Of a stretch of DNA of 64,000 nucleotides, positions 9,846 through 18,628 are shown in pieces (positions within the stretch are counted from its first letter, which is position 1; each line of letters begins with the position of its first letter). Below the pieces are notes generated by a model. The model was not told the DNA's origin, did no database searches, and was given only the letters and a program-made list of their open reading frames with translations. Both the position numbers and the translations under genes were made by a program. This DNA comes from Candidatus Terraquivivens yellowstonensis (GTDB lineage Archaea > Thermoproteota > Nitrososphaeria_A > Caldarchaeales > Wolframiiraptoraceae). The stretch is taken from contig JAKCEW010000003.1 of the NCBI GenBank assembly GCA_023539445.1, forward strand, positions 2,250-66,249, written 5' to 3'.

Positions 9846-10301
9846 CTACTCGTTATTGGATTCGCTCTCTTCGGTTTCCACTTTCGCCGTTGATGCAGGT
9901 TGTGCTGAGTACAAGTATCTTCTGGGTCGGCCTATCCTAACTAAGACACCCTCTCTTACCATATCCAGTAAAACGTGGGCCACGGCGGTCGGATCATAAT
10001 GATGACCCCTTCTGGCCAATTCTGCCACAACTTCAGACAATGGCCTTGGTGTGGAAAACCACCCTTCCTTAAGCATGTTCTCCACCAAACCCCTACACGT
10101 AGACGTCTCAGCGGACCTCGTACGTTTTTGGGGTTCTGATTCGGGTTCTAATGTCTCTGAAACGCCGAGCGCTGCCATAACGTCCTTTATAGACTTCTCT
10201 AGCAGATCAGGAGGTGCCTCTATCTCCACGTTCGCCTTTCCTACCGTTATCTTGACCCTTATTCTTTCTTGAGACATGAGCAAATTACCCAAATTGCGCA
10301 A
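9846..10301 (-). CDS. Uncharacterised small protein, paralog C (third member, convergent orientation)
   Basis: N-terminal IRVKITVGKANVEIEAPPDLLEKSIKDV and C-terminal wHTH LARRGHHYDPTAVAHVLLDMVREGVLVRIGRPRRYLYS, ending in an acidic tail. Its stop codon abuts the stop of paralog B. Confidence 0.45.
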   Translation of the reverse strand: MRNLGNLLMSQERIRVKITVGKANVEIEAPPDLLEKSIKDVMAALGVSETLEPESEPQKRTRSAETSTCRGLVENMLKEGWFSTPRPLSEVVAELARRGHHYDPTAVAHVLLDMVREGVLVRIGRPRRYLYSAQPASTAKVETEESESNNE

Positions 10302-10316
10302 TATTTATAAGCACAT

Positions 10317-11387
10317 GTGTCCCTAAAGTTATTAGTGATGAAGCGGATGGGCGCACTCATAAGCACCGAGACCCCTTTTATTGAGAACTTCTTAGGGGTA
10401 TTTAAAGCATTTTCTAAGATGGGGCTGGGCTCGATGGAAAACCTAAGGAAAGCCTTGCCCGTCGTCAGTATTAATGGACTTGGACATCATATTGGCCATG
10501 ATGTTATGCTGGAGTTGGACAAGATGACCTCCGTCAGAGCCTACAAATTGAGGCCTTCAGGCAAGGCGTGCGATGTGATTGCATGCGATACCTCAGTCAT
10601 AAAGCTGGCTGAGGGACCTTTTGGCTACCTCGCCGCTCTGAGGGGGTCTGTGGTAAGGAGAAAAAAGTCTGGCGGTATCGAATCATGGATAATTGGCCCT
10701 CTCATCTTTTTCGTATCTTTCGACGATAACCTACCTTTACTCTCCTTTATGTCTGAGCTCGTGGATGGTCAGCCGCTTAGCGAAGACTTTGAGACGATAC
10801 ATAGAAGCATCAGCAGCTTACTCGAAAAATGGCTTCAACGTTCGTTAGCATCAACTTTTTCTGACTCGATACTACTGTTCGATGGTTCACTGACGGCAGG
10901 GCCAGCGGACAATTCCTTACAGCTGATTCGTGAGACGCTCAATGAGGCTGAACGAAACGGCAACGTTGTGCTTGCCTTTTCGAAATCAACACACTTATCC
11001 TATCTTGGAACTAGGATAACATCATTGGTACCAGACATGGACCCCCCGTGCGTAATTGATGTGAGCGATGCTGTATGCTCGTCCCCTAAAATCCACAAGC
11101 TCGGCAGGATACTCGTATCTCATCTATCCAGAACTTTCTTTCCATACAGGCTTGATGTGAGCGGGAAGGAAATAGGAGACGTCTTGCAAATAATTGGTAA
11201 CCTCTTAAGCAGCGATGCCTTGATATACGGCTACCCAGAAACCCTGCTATTAGCCCACAATTATTGCACCTTCAACAAGTTAGACGTGTTGGCGTTGCAG
11301 AAGTTGCTGAAGCAAGAATTTAACATAGATGCTTTCAACATAGGAGATGTGAGGAGTAGCCTTTTCAATCCTTTGGATGGTCATTAG
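10317..11387 (+). CDS. nurA: NurA-like 5'-3' nuclease
   Basis: 356 aa with D-x-S motifs (ACDTS, LLFDGSL) characteristic of the NurA RNase H-like fold. It lies immediately upstream of herA with a 2-nt gap. Confidence 0.55.
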   Translation: MSLKLLVMKRMGALISTETPFIENFLGVFKAFSKMGLGSMENLRKALPVVSINGLGHHIGHDVMLELDKMTSVRAYKLRPSGKACDVIACDTSVIKLAEGPFGYLAALRGSVVRRKKSGGIESWIIGPLIFFVSFDDNLPLLSFMSELVDGQPLSEDFETIHRSISSLLEKWLQRSLASTFSDSILLFDGSLTAGPADNSLQLIRETLNEAERNGNVVLAFSKSTHLSYLGTRITSLVPDMDPPCVIDVSDAVCSSPKIHKLGRILVSHLSRTFFPYRLDVSGKEIGDVLQIIGNLLSSDALIYGYPETLLLAHNYCTFNKLDVLALQKLLKQEFNIDAFNIGDVRSSLFNPLDGH

Positions 11388-11389
11388 AC

Positions 11390-12877
11390 ATGAAGATCTT
11401 TTCTAAGCAAAAGGATACGCTGGATATATTGGCATTTCCCTCAGAGATTGTGGTCGAGAAAGGGCAATATCTCGTGGTAAGTGAGGGGGACAAGTTCATG
11501 CTTGCTCAGGTGGTAGACGTAAGCTATGCTGACATTCCCGGTATACTAGAAGACATGTTACGAGAAGTTTCGTTAGAAATCGTGAATCATGAAAACATCT
11601 TCGACCCATTTGATATGGGATCACTAACCGTGATGATAAAGGAGGCAAGAATTGTAAGATGTAAGATAAGGTGTATCGTGGAAGGGGATAGAATTGTGCA
11701 TAATAGCTCATGGCTTCCTTCGAGGTTTAGGTCAAACATATCCGCTGCGGGAGCGGACTTGTTGAGGAGCGTGATGAAGCTAGCAGGTAAGCGAAAAATA
11801 CACATCGGAACAGTAGGAGGAGAAGATTTCTGGGTTGATGCAGAATCTTTCGATGGCAGACTGACTATAATAACTGGGAAGAAAGAGACTGGAAAGTCTC
11901 ACATAATGAAGTTGATATCGACCGCGTTGGTTGAGTATGGAGCCTTGGTTATAGTGTTTGACATTAATGGAGAATATGTAAACCTAAATAGAAGAGTTGA
12001 CGGAGGCCAGAGCAGCATAGCACTTCGGCACGAAGTACTTGAGCCTGGTAAGAACTTTAAAGTTAGAACAGAAGACGTCGGTCTCAGAACTTTTATGGAT
12101 ATATTGATACATGTTTACGACACGCCGTCAAGCAGTAGCCGAGAATTTTTTAGAATATGGAATGCTGTAAAGAGGAATAGAGGCAAAGTTACCCTCAAGG
12201 ATTTGATAGAGATTATTCAAAAGACGCAGTTACACGAGTCCGTTAAGGAAGCGTTAATGAGTAGGCTTATGGCAATAGAAGCTACTGGCATAATTACAGA
12301 TGATGAATGCGTAACATCCTTCGAGGACGTTGTCAAATGTATTGGTGGTAAAATGCTCGTAATCAACCTTAGAGATCTGTTGCCCTCTACAAGGAGGATG
12401 GTTGTCGAATATTTGCTCAGCAAACTCACCGAGTTACTGCAAGCAAGGAGGTTACCACCGATATTCCTCGTGGCTGAGGAGGCACACCTCTACCTAAGGG
12501 ATACCTATTGGGATGATATTGTGACAAGAATGAGACACTTAGGCTTATCGCCAATCTTCGTGACGAACCAACCCGATTCCATACCCGAGACGATATACAG
12601 ACAGGCAGACAACGTAATTCTTTTTAACTTCACCAACGAAGCTGATTTGGAGGCAATAGCAAAAACTTCGCGCATAGATTCTGAAAGCGTGAAGACCATA
12701 GCGGCTTCTTTACCCCCGCGTTATTGCCTACTCATAGGCTACTTGGTCAAGGACATACCCGTCGTGGTCAAAGTTAGAGAGATCGATGTGGAGACTATGG
12801 GAAAAACTAGGTTATTTTTTGAACTTTCCGATAGGCAACTACATATACCGAAAGTGGTGAGAGAACAAGTAGCATGA
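11390..12877 (+). CDS. herA: HerA-type FtsK/HerA-superfamily DNA helicase/translocase
   Basis: N-terminal HAS-barrel-like segment. Walker A TGKKETGKSH and Walker B FLVAEEAH. Its ~495 aa length is typical of archaeal HerA. Confidence 0.75.
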   Translation: MKIFSKQKDTLDILAFPSEIVVEKGQYLVVSEGDKFMLAQVVDVSYADIPGILEDMLREVSLEIVNHENIFDPFDMGSLTVMIKEARIVRCKIRCIVEGDRIVHNSSWLPSRFRSNISAAGADLLRSVMKLAGKRKIHIGTVGGEDFWVDAESFDGRLTIITGKKETGKSHIMKLISTALVEYGALVIVFDINGEYVNLNRRVDGGQSSIALRHEVLEPGKNFKVRTEDVGLRTFMDILIHVYDTPSSSSREFFRIWNAVKRNRGKVTLKDLIEIIQKTQLHESVKEALMSRLMAIEATGIITDDECVTSFEDVVKCIGGKMLVINLRDLLPSTRRMVVEYLLSKLTELLQARRLPPIFLVAEEAHLYLRDTYWDDIVTRMRHLGLSPIFVTNQPDSIPETIYRQADNVILFNFTNEADLEAIAKTSRIDSESVKTIAASLPPRYCLLIGYLVKDIPVVVKVREIDVETMGKTRLFFELSDRQLHIPKVVREQVA

Positions 12878-13497
12878 ATGATACCGTCAGCAAGTATCTG
12901 AAGATTTACGAAGAGAGACGCGAAGAGATAGAAGCTAGGCTTAGGGAATTTAAGGAAGTCCTACGAAAAAGCGATGAGGAGGTATTCGCGGAGCTTTGCT
13001 TTTGCATATGCACTCCTCAAACTAGAGCAAGGGCTGCGGACGCGGCAATATCGATTATGAAGGAAGAATCAACGTTACTCAACGGTGACGAGAAGTATAT
13101 AGCAGATATTTTAAGGAAAAACGGCGTTCGCTTCCCCGAGTCAAAGGCTAGATACATAGTCGCTGCGAGGGCGTATTTGAGGGCGTTAAAGAGCTTACCG
13201 TCGGATGCTTACAGGGCAAGAGAATGGCTTGTTAAAAACATAAAGGGCCTAGGTTACAAAGAGGCAAGCCATTTTCTGAGAAACATCGGTTATGAAGGGT
13301 TAGCGATTTTGGACAGGCATATACTGAGGGGTATGAAGGAGGTTGGGGTTATAAAAGAGGTGCCAAAAAATTTAACAAAAAGAACGTACCTAGAACTTGA
13401 AAAGAAGTTTATACAACTTGCTAATGATTTAGGTATGAGACCTGAAGCCCTTGACCTCGTCATGTGGGCTGATAAAACGGGGGAAGTGTTCAAGTAG
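12874..13497 (+). CDS. ogg: N-glycosylase/DNA lyase, Ogg2 family (8-oxoguanine DNA glycosylase)
   Basis: 207 aa. Contains ELCFCICTPQTRA (Ogg2 signature region), the HhH-GPD lysine in IKGLGYKEASHFLRNIG and the catalytic Asp in AILDRHI. It overlaps the herA stop codon by 4 nt. Confidence 0.65.
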   Translation: MNDTVSKYLKIYEERREEIEARLREFKEVLRKSDEEVFAELCFCICTPQTRARAADAAISIMKEESTLLNGDEKYIADILRKNGVRFPESKARYIVAARAYLRALKSLPSDAYRAREWLVKNIKGLGYKEASHFLRNIGYEGLAILDRHILRGMKEVGVIKEVPKNLTKRTYLELEKKFIQLANDLGMRPEALDLVMWADKTGEVFK

Positions 13498-13517
13498 GCT
13501 TAAGAGTCAGGTGATGA

Positions 13518-14465
13518 ATGTTGAACAGCATTAAGATGAGTGAGGACCTCAAAAATCTTCTGTATAGCATACCAGAAATTGACGTTGAAAGTTTGCTAGG
13601 AAGCTATCAAAAACCTATGCGAGAATCCATCAGAATCAACACCCTAAAGGCTCGAGAAGAGGATGTATTATACATGTTAAAGGAGAAGGGTGTAGAACTT
13701 GAGAAGATACCTTGGGCGAGGTACGGTTATTGGGTCTTGAACGATGTCAATATCTCAAATACAATCGAACACATGCTCGGCCTTGTATACATTCAGGGTG
13801 CAGTCTCTATGGCACCAGTTGAAGTGTTATCACCTAAACCTGGCGAGCTCGTTCTGGACCTTTGTGCCGCTCCAGGTAGTAAAACTACACAAATAGCACA
13901 ATTTATGCAAGGAGAAGGTGTAATAGTCGCCAACGACGTGAATCTCAAAAGGATAAGGGCTCTCTCTTCTAATGTTCAGAGGTGCGGTATTATAAACTGC
14001 ATTATCACGCAGGCCGATGGGAGGAGGTTCCCATTGTGGGCTAAGGGATTTTTTGACAAAGTTCTCGTAGACGCACCATGCACATCGCTCGGCATAGTAA
14101 GTAAAGATTGGGGTGCTGCGAAAAAATGGAGCTTTCGGGCTTCCGAGCGGTTATCTAAGCTTCAGCTCAGCCTAGCCATATCCGGCTTCGAATGTCTGAA
14201 GGTTGGCGGCACGATGGTCTATGCCACATGCACACTCAGTCCACAAGAAAACGAATGGGTCATAGACCGCCTCATTGCAAGCAAACCAAACGCACGTCTG
14301 GAGAGCATAAATTTGGAGGGGTTAAAGATGAAAAAGGGACTTCTGGAATGGCAGCATGAGAAGTTTAATCCTGAGATTGAACGGTGCGTGAGAGTTTATC
14401 CGTATGAACATGAGGCTGAAGGATTCTTTATGGCGAAGATAGTGAAGGAAAGTGATGGCCCGTGA
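13518..14465 (+). CDS. NOL1/NOP2/Sun family RNA cytosine-C5 methyltransferase
   Basis: Motifs LDLCAAPGSKT, DAPCTSLG (PC motif IV) and TC motif YATCTLSPQENE. Confidence 0.75.
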   Translation: MLNSIKMSEDLKNLLYSIPEIDVESLLGSYQKPMRESIRINTLKAREEDVLYMLKEKGVELEKIPWARYGYWVLNDVNISNTIEHMLGLVYIQGAVSMAPVEVLSPKPGELVLDLCAAPGSKTTQIAQFMQGEGVIVANDVNLKRIRALSSNVQRCGIINCIITQADGRRFPLWAKGFFDKVLVDAPCTSLGIVSKDWGAAKKWSFRASERLSKLQLSLAISGFECLKVGGTMVYATCTLSPQENEWVIDRLIASKPNARLESINLEGLKMKKGLLEWQHEKFNPEIERCVRVYPYEHEAEGFFMAKIVKESDGP

Positions 14466-14920
14466 AAAAAATAGTTTTGTTAAATTCCTCAAAAAAGTCA
14501 GCGTTCCAGACGCTACTTGAGAGACAGTATGGTGCTGAAGATTTTTCCGATAAAGTTTTGATACAGGCTGGTGAAGGTAAAATTAGACTGACTACAAGCG
14601 ATACAATAAAGGTTGCAGAAAAAATGCGAGGTGTACAATCTTTGGGCTTATACATAGCAAAGATTGAAGGGCAGGAGGTTGTACTTTCTATCGAAGGGTC
14701 TCAAATCCTCTGTAACAGAATTACGAGAAACCGTATAGAATTAACCGAAGAACAGGCTAAGCTCTGGATGGAAGGGGCACCAATACAACTTGATAAGTTT
14801 ACTGCAGTAAAGTATGTCGTTGCATTCTATAAACACCTATGCCTAGGATGTGGACGGGTTTCAGCAGACGGAAAAGTCTACCCCCAAGTGCCTAAATGGA
14901 GGCGGTTACAACAAGAGTAA
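14462..14920 (+). CDS. Small RNA-binding-like protein (possible PUA/Nip7-like partner of the upstream methyltransferase)
   Basis: 152 aa, translationally coupled to the Sun methyltransferase by a 4-nt overlap. The domain assignment is tentative. Confidence 0.3.
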   Translation: MKKIVLLNSSKKSAFQTLLERQYGAEDFSDKVLIQAGEGKIRLTTSDTIKVAEKMRGVQSLGLYIAKIEGQEVVLSIEGSQILCNRITRNRIELTEEQAKLWMEGAPIQLDKFTAVKYVVAFYKHLCLGCGRVSADGKVYPQVPKWRRLQQE

Positions 14921-14933
14921 CTTCGGATGGGTT

Positions 14934-17204
14934 TCACTTAACTAGGAGCGTTATTTTATACGGCAGATATTTGTTTGTGTGGTATATCACATATCCACTC
15001 ATTGCATCGAATTGTGAGAGCGTATCTATATCCTCTTGAAGAACTATCGCCGGAGTCATCCAGCCCTCTGCAATGTCCATAGCATCAATGCTAAAGAGTG
15101 TCTTACGCTTTATATCATATGGCAGGGAGCGCAACAATTCAGGCAGATAGTTTCTATAATCATTGAATGTAGCATTGTTGAGGTTGTTTTGATAAAACAT
15201 GCTTAACCATGAGGATGTTTTAATCACTAAATAGTCAACATTCTTAGCAAGAATTTCCACATGTTGCGGTTCTGTCCTGACGTCCAGATCTCCTAACATT
15301 ATCTGTTTTGAACATGCCTTAATGGTAGGCGCAAGCTTGTCCAGAAGATATGAAACGCTTTCTATGTGCGCTTCATCATTGTATCTAAACTTGTCCAATA
15401 AAAATACGCCGTCAAAGTTAAAGTCTTTAATGATCCTCAATATTTTCGACGAGAAGTACTCCGCATATGGTTGCTCGAATAAAACATACACACCATCCGG
15501 CTTTAATTTTCTCTGGAATTCTATGATTCCAAACTCGTTTAGTACTTCTCTATGAAGCTCCTTTAACCAAATGGACCTATAACCCTGTATACCATAACGT
15601 ATGCTAAACTTTTCTGGTTCAAGATATACGCCTAACATAACGGAGACACCTCTTCTCTTCAACTCTTCCACTACACGTTTTAGGTCTTGAGCGGGCCAGC
15701 TGAAAGAAGACACTCTGAACTTGGAGTACTCTGATAGATGCGCATGCTCCTCGTATCCTTTATAAGTGTTAACGAAGTCTATACTAAAGGGTATAACAAT
15801 ATGTGTTATATTGTATTTACTCAAGAACTCATCTATACCATAACCTTCTTTCAAAACAAAAGCTGATTCCAGACTTTCGATTACACCAACCCTTACCGGC
15901 AGGTTTGGAACACTAATACCAGCAGGTGTCGGGAACGTCGTTATGGTCACTAAGAAAAGTATGAGGATGGCTATGACCGTCCATTTTGAGGCTATGCTTA
16001 GATTAATCTTTTGAAGTTTTGAGAGATCAAAAAGGAGGGCAACTATCCTGCTAGAACCGAATATTCCCGCTGCCAGCACGATAGCACCATACACGTTGAT
16101 TTCTTTGAAGTCTAAATTTGTAAGATTTCCAATGTAGGCTAAGTCGTACCCGTTACATAGTCCTATACTCCCGATAAGAAAGGCATAAGCACTGATATTC
16201 AACATAAGTAAGTTTAACCTGTAGTCTTTCGCATCAGAATACAATGCGTAAATTAGCAAAAATGGCAGGACCCATATTACGTATTGAACGTTTACTTTTG
16301 TCGATGTGGCGAGAAACGCCAACAGGGTCAACGTTGAACCTTTGATTAGTATCTCTTTTGGACATGTTTCACGCGTCAAAATTTTAGCGAAGATCAGAGC
16401 CAGAACTAAAACAAAAATCATTGTACTTATGTACCCTAAACTTGTGTAACCTATAAATCCAGAAAGCGCGACCCAGTATGTAAACTGGCCTACGTTACTG
16501 AAGTGGAAAAGAAGTTTATTAAAATAAGAAAATGGATCATAAAGGAAAGGAATTGAGGATGCGATGGGAATTATAAATGTATACATGATGTATTCTAATG
16601 CTTTTCTCTTGAAACCAATATCTTGAGTCCTCTTAATATAGAGCAATATTGGTAATATGAGCAAACCTGGGAAAATTTTTACGCTTATGCCAATACCTAG
16701 CAGTAGCGCGCTCAACCTGTACCTTCCCTTGAACATGTGATATACTGACGCGAAACCGAAAAGGGCCGCAATCGAATCGAACATTCCCCATATTGAAGAA
16801 ATAAAAATCGGAAGCGGGTTTAGAAACCATAAAGCTGAAATTTTTGTGGCTAAACTCTTGTCATTCTTAAGCAGTATGACAAATTTGTAAAGGATGAGCC
16901 CGATGATTATGTCGGAGAGTATTATGGGCAACTTCACAAAAAACGCAAAAACGTTCAGATTCTGCGCAAGCCCATATAACAGCGAGGGTAGTGAAGTCCA
17001 GTACAACCAGATTGGAGGGTAGGCATAAAAGCCCCAAGGATAGTTCGGTATCTCTTCAACTTGATAGACGTTTGTACCATAGTATGCTGTCATCTCTCCC
17101 GCTTTCAGCCAAGTAAACATGTCTATAGGGTGGCCGAAAAAGGGCGCAACAGCCAACCGTACTATCAAGCTAACTGCGACTATTGTTAGAAGTCTCTTGT
17201 CCAT
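14934..17204 (-). CDS. Large polytopic membrane protein: GT-C-like glycosyltransferase membrane domain fused to a C-terminal glycoside-hydrolase-like soluble domain
   Basis: 756 aa. Roughly 12 predicted TM helices fill the first ~430 aa. The C-terminal ~300 aa are hydrophilic with TIM-barrel-like beta-alpha periodicity (VMLGVYLEP..., DGVFLLDKF). Confidence 0.4.
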   Translation of the reverse strand: MDKRLLTIVAVSLIVRLAVAPFFGHPIDMFTWLKAGEMTAYYGTNVYQVEEIPNYPWGFYAYPPIWLYWTSLPSLLYGLAQNLNVFAFFVKLPIILSDIIIGLILYKFVILLKNDKSLATKISALWFLNPLPIFISSIWGMFDSIAALFGFASVYHMFKGRYRLSALLLGIGISVKIFPGLLILPILLYIKRTQDIGFKRKALEYIMYTFIIPIASSIPFLYDPFSYFNKLLFHFSNVGQFTYWVALSGFIGYTSLGYISTMIFVLVLALIFAKILTRETCPKEILIKGSTLTLLAFLATSTKVNVQYVIWVLPFLLIYALYSDAKDYRLNLLMLNISAYAFLIGSIGLCNGYDLAYIGNLTNLDFKEINVYGAIVLAAGIFGSSRIVALLFDLSKLQKINLSIASKWTVIAILILFLVTITTFPTPAGISVPNLPVRVGVIESLESAFVLKEGYGIDEFLSKYNITHIVIPFSIDFVNTYKGYEEHAHLSEYSKFRVSSFSWPAQDLKRVVEELKRRGVSVMLGVYLEPEKFSIRYGIQGYRSIWLKELHREVLNEFGIIEFQRKLKPDGVYVLFEQPYAEYFSSKILRIIKDFNFDGVFLLDKFRYNDEAHIESVSYLLDKLAPTIKACSKQIMLGDLDVRTEPQHVEILAKNVDYLVIKTSSWLSMFYQNNLNNATFNDYRNYLPELLRSLPYDIKRKTLFSIDAMDIAEGWMTPAIVLQEDIDTLSQFDAMSGYVIYHTNKYLPYKITLLVK

Positions 17205-17254
17205 CTCGTCACCCTTTGTTGGACGGTTTATCCTTATGCGTAAAAAAAGTTTCG

Positions 17255-18133
17255 TTAGGTTGCATAATAAAGTATCTCGAATATAGCTCTCGCTGCTAAA
17301 AATTCCGTCACTTCGTTATCCGGAATCTTGCGGAGGCAAACCACGTCGCAACCGACTATTCTTCCCTTTATGCTTTTGATTAGTTTTGTAAACTCCCTAA
17401 AGCTTATGCCAAGGGGCTCCGGATGATCAACAGCTGGTGCGATTGATGGGTCGAATACGTCAATATCCAAAGACAGATACACTTTCCTGCCTTTTGTCAA
17501 ATTTGAAAGAATCTTCGCGGCAGCATTCAATCCATTTCGCGATAACAATTTTTCAGATGTGATGAGGAGTATACCATTCTTCTTTGCATAAACTAATTGT
17601 TCCTCATCGCCCGACCTTACGCCTATAACCGCGGCCTTTTTAAACATCTTTTCCTCTGATGCCCATCTAAGCCATGTCGCATCGTTCAACTTTTTATCGA
17701 TCATTGTGCTCTCGTTAATGTAGTCAAGCTCGACGATCTTCTCGTCCATGTAACTTTCTCGTAAGTCACAGTGTGCATCGAAAACCAGTAAGATCACATC
17801 CTTCGGCATAGCCTTAAGTGCATGATATGTTGCAAGGTGACCGCCGCCAAGCATCAAAGGAAGTTTGCCTTCCGACAATATTGAAGACGTCGTTTTCGTG
17901 ACGTTCTCTAAGTCATCGTAGGATGTTAACTTTATGTCACCGATGTCATAAACCCTTGCCCTTTCGAGGAGGTTCCTCTTAGATGCTATATCAAACACTT
18001 CAATAAACCAGCTGGCCTCCCTTATCGCATTAACAGATTCTGCTGCCTTTCTTCCTAAAATTACACCAAAAGCGATAACGTTCGATTCCTCCCTACTATA
18101 TATGTTGGTTATGAGTGGTCTACCCATAGACAC
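17255..18133 (-). CDS. Arginase/agmatinase/formiminoglutamase family ureohydrolase (likely agmatinase)
   Basis: Mn-binding motifs GGGHLATY, DAHCDL and SLDIDVFDPSIAPAV. Confidence 0.75.
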   Translation of the reverse strand: MSMGRPLITNIYSREESNVIAFGVILGRKAAESVNAIREASWFIEVFDIASKRNLLERARVYDIGDIKLTSYDDLENVTKTTSSILSEGKLPLMLGGGHLATYHALKAMPKDVILLVFDAHCDLRESYMDEKIVELDYINESTMIDKKLNDATWLRWASEEKMFKKAAVIGVRSGDEEQLVYAKKNGILLITSEKLLSRNGLNAAAKILSNLTKGRKVYLSLDIDVFDPSIAPAVDHPEPLGISFREFTKLIKSIKGRIVGCDVVCLRKIPDNEVTEFLAARAIFEILYYAT

Positions 18134-18272
18134 TTTTCACCCTATCACATTAACCGATTTGTCGGACAAGGGCATTATAAACCATGCGTAATTTAGAGAC
18201 AAACTCTCAGATGCTAACTTCCCATTCCTTAGTAGTTAAATTTAAATTCGCCATAGGAAAGCATGGTCATAG

Positions 18273-18626
18273 ATGTGTAGCATTAAGAGGTTGATGGGAA
18301 CAGATACTGTTAGGATAAAGATAAGAAGGGAGCATGGTGAGTATGTTTGGCCAGATATAACTCAGCCGATTGTTAACCTTTTCCCGAGGCTCATACAAAC
18401 GTTCAAGGAGGCTGATTATTTCTTTCAAGAAAAAACTTCGATGTATCCATTAGAGTATTATGAGTTATTCGTCCGTCCTGCCGTAGCAATTCTTTCATCG
18501 GAAGAGGCTGAGAAGTTGATAACGATCTTGGAGGAAAAGACTTCGGCTAAGGTTGACGAAGCACCGTTTAGGGCATCATTTGACGGGAAACCGTATACAA
18601 TATCTATAGAGTATCCGTGTGGATAG
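18273..18626 (+). CDS. Hypothetical protein
   Basis: 117-aa ORF with a coding-like composition and no recognisable motif. Confidence 0.3.
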   Translation: MCSIKRLMGTDTVRIKIRREHGEYVWPDITQPIVNLFPRLIQTFKEADYFFQEKTSMYPLEYYELFVRPAVAILSSEEAEKLITILEEKTSAKVDEAPFRASFDGKPYTISIEYPCG

Positions 18627-18628
18627 AG

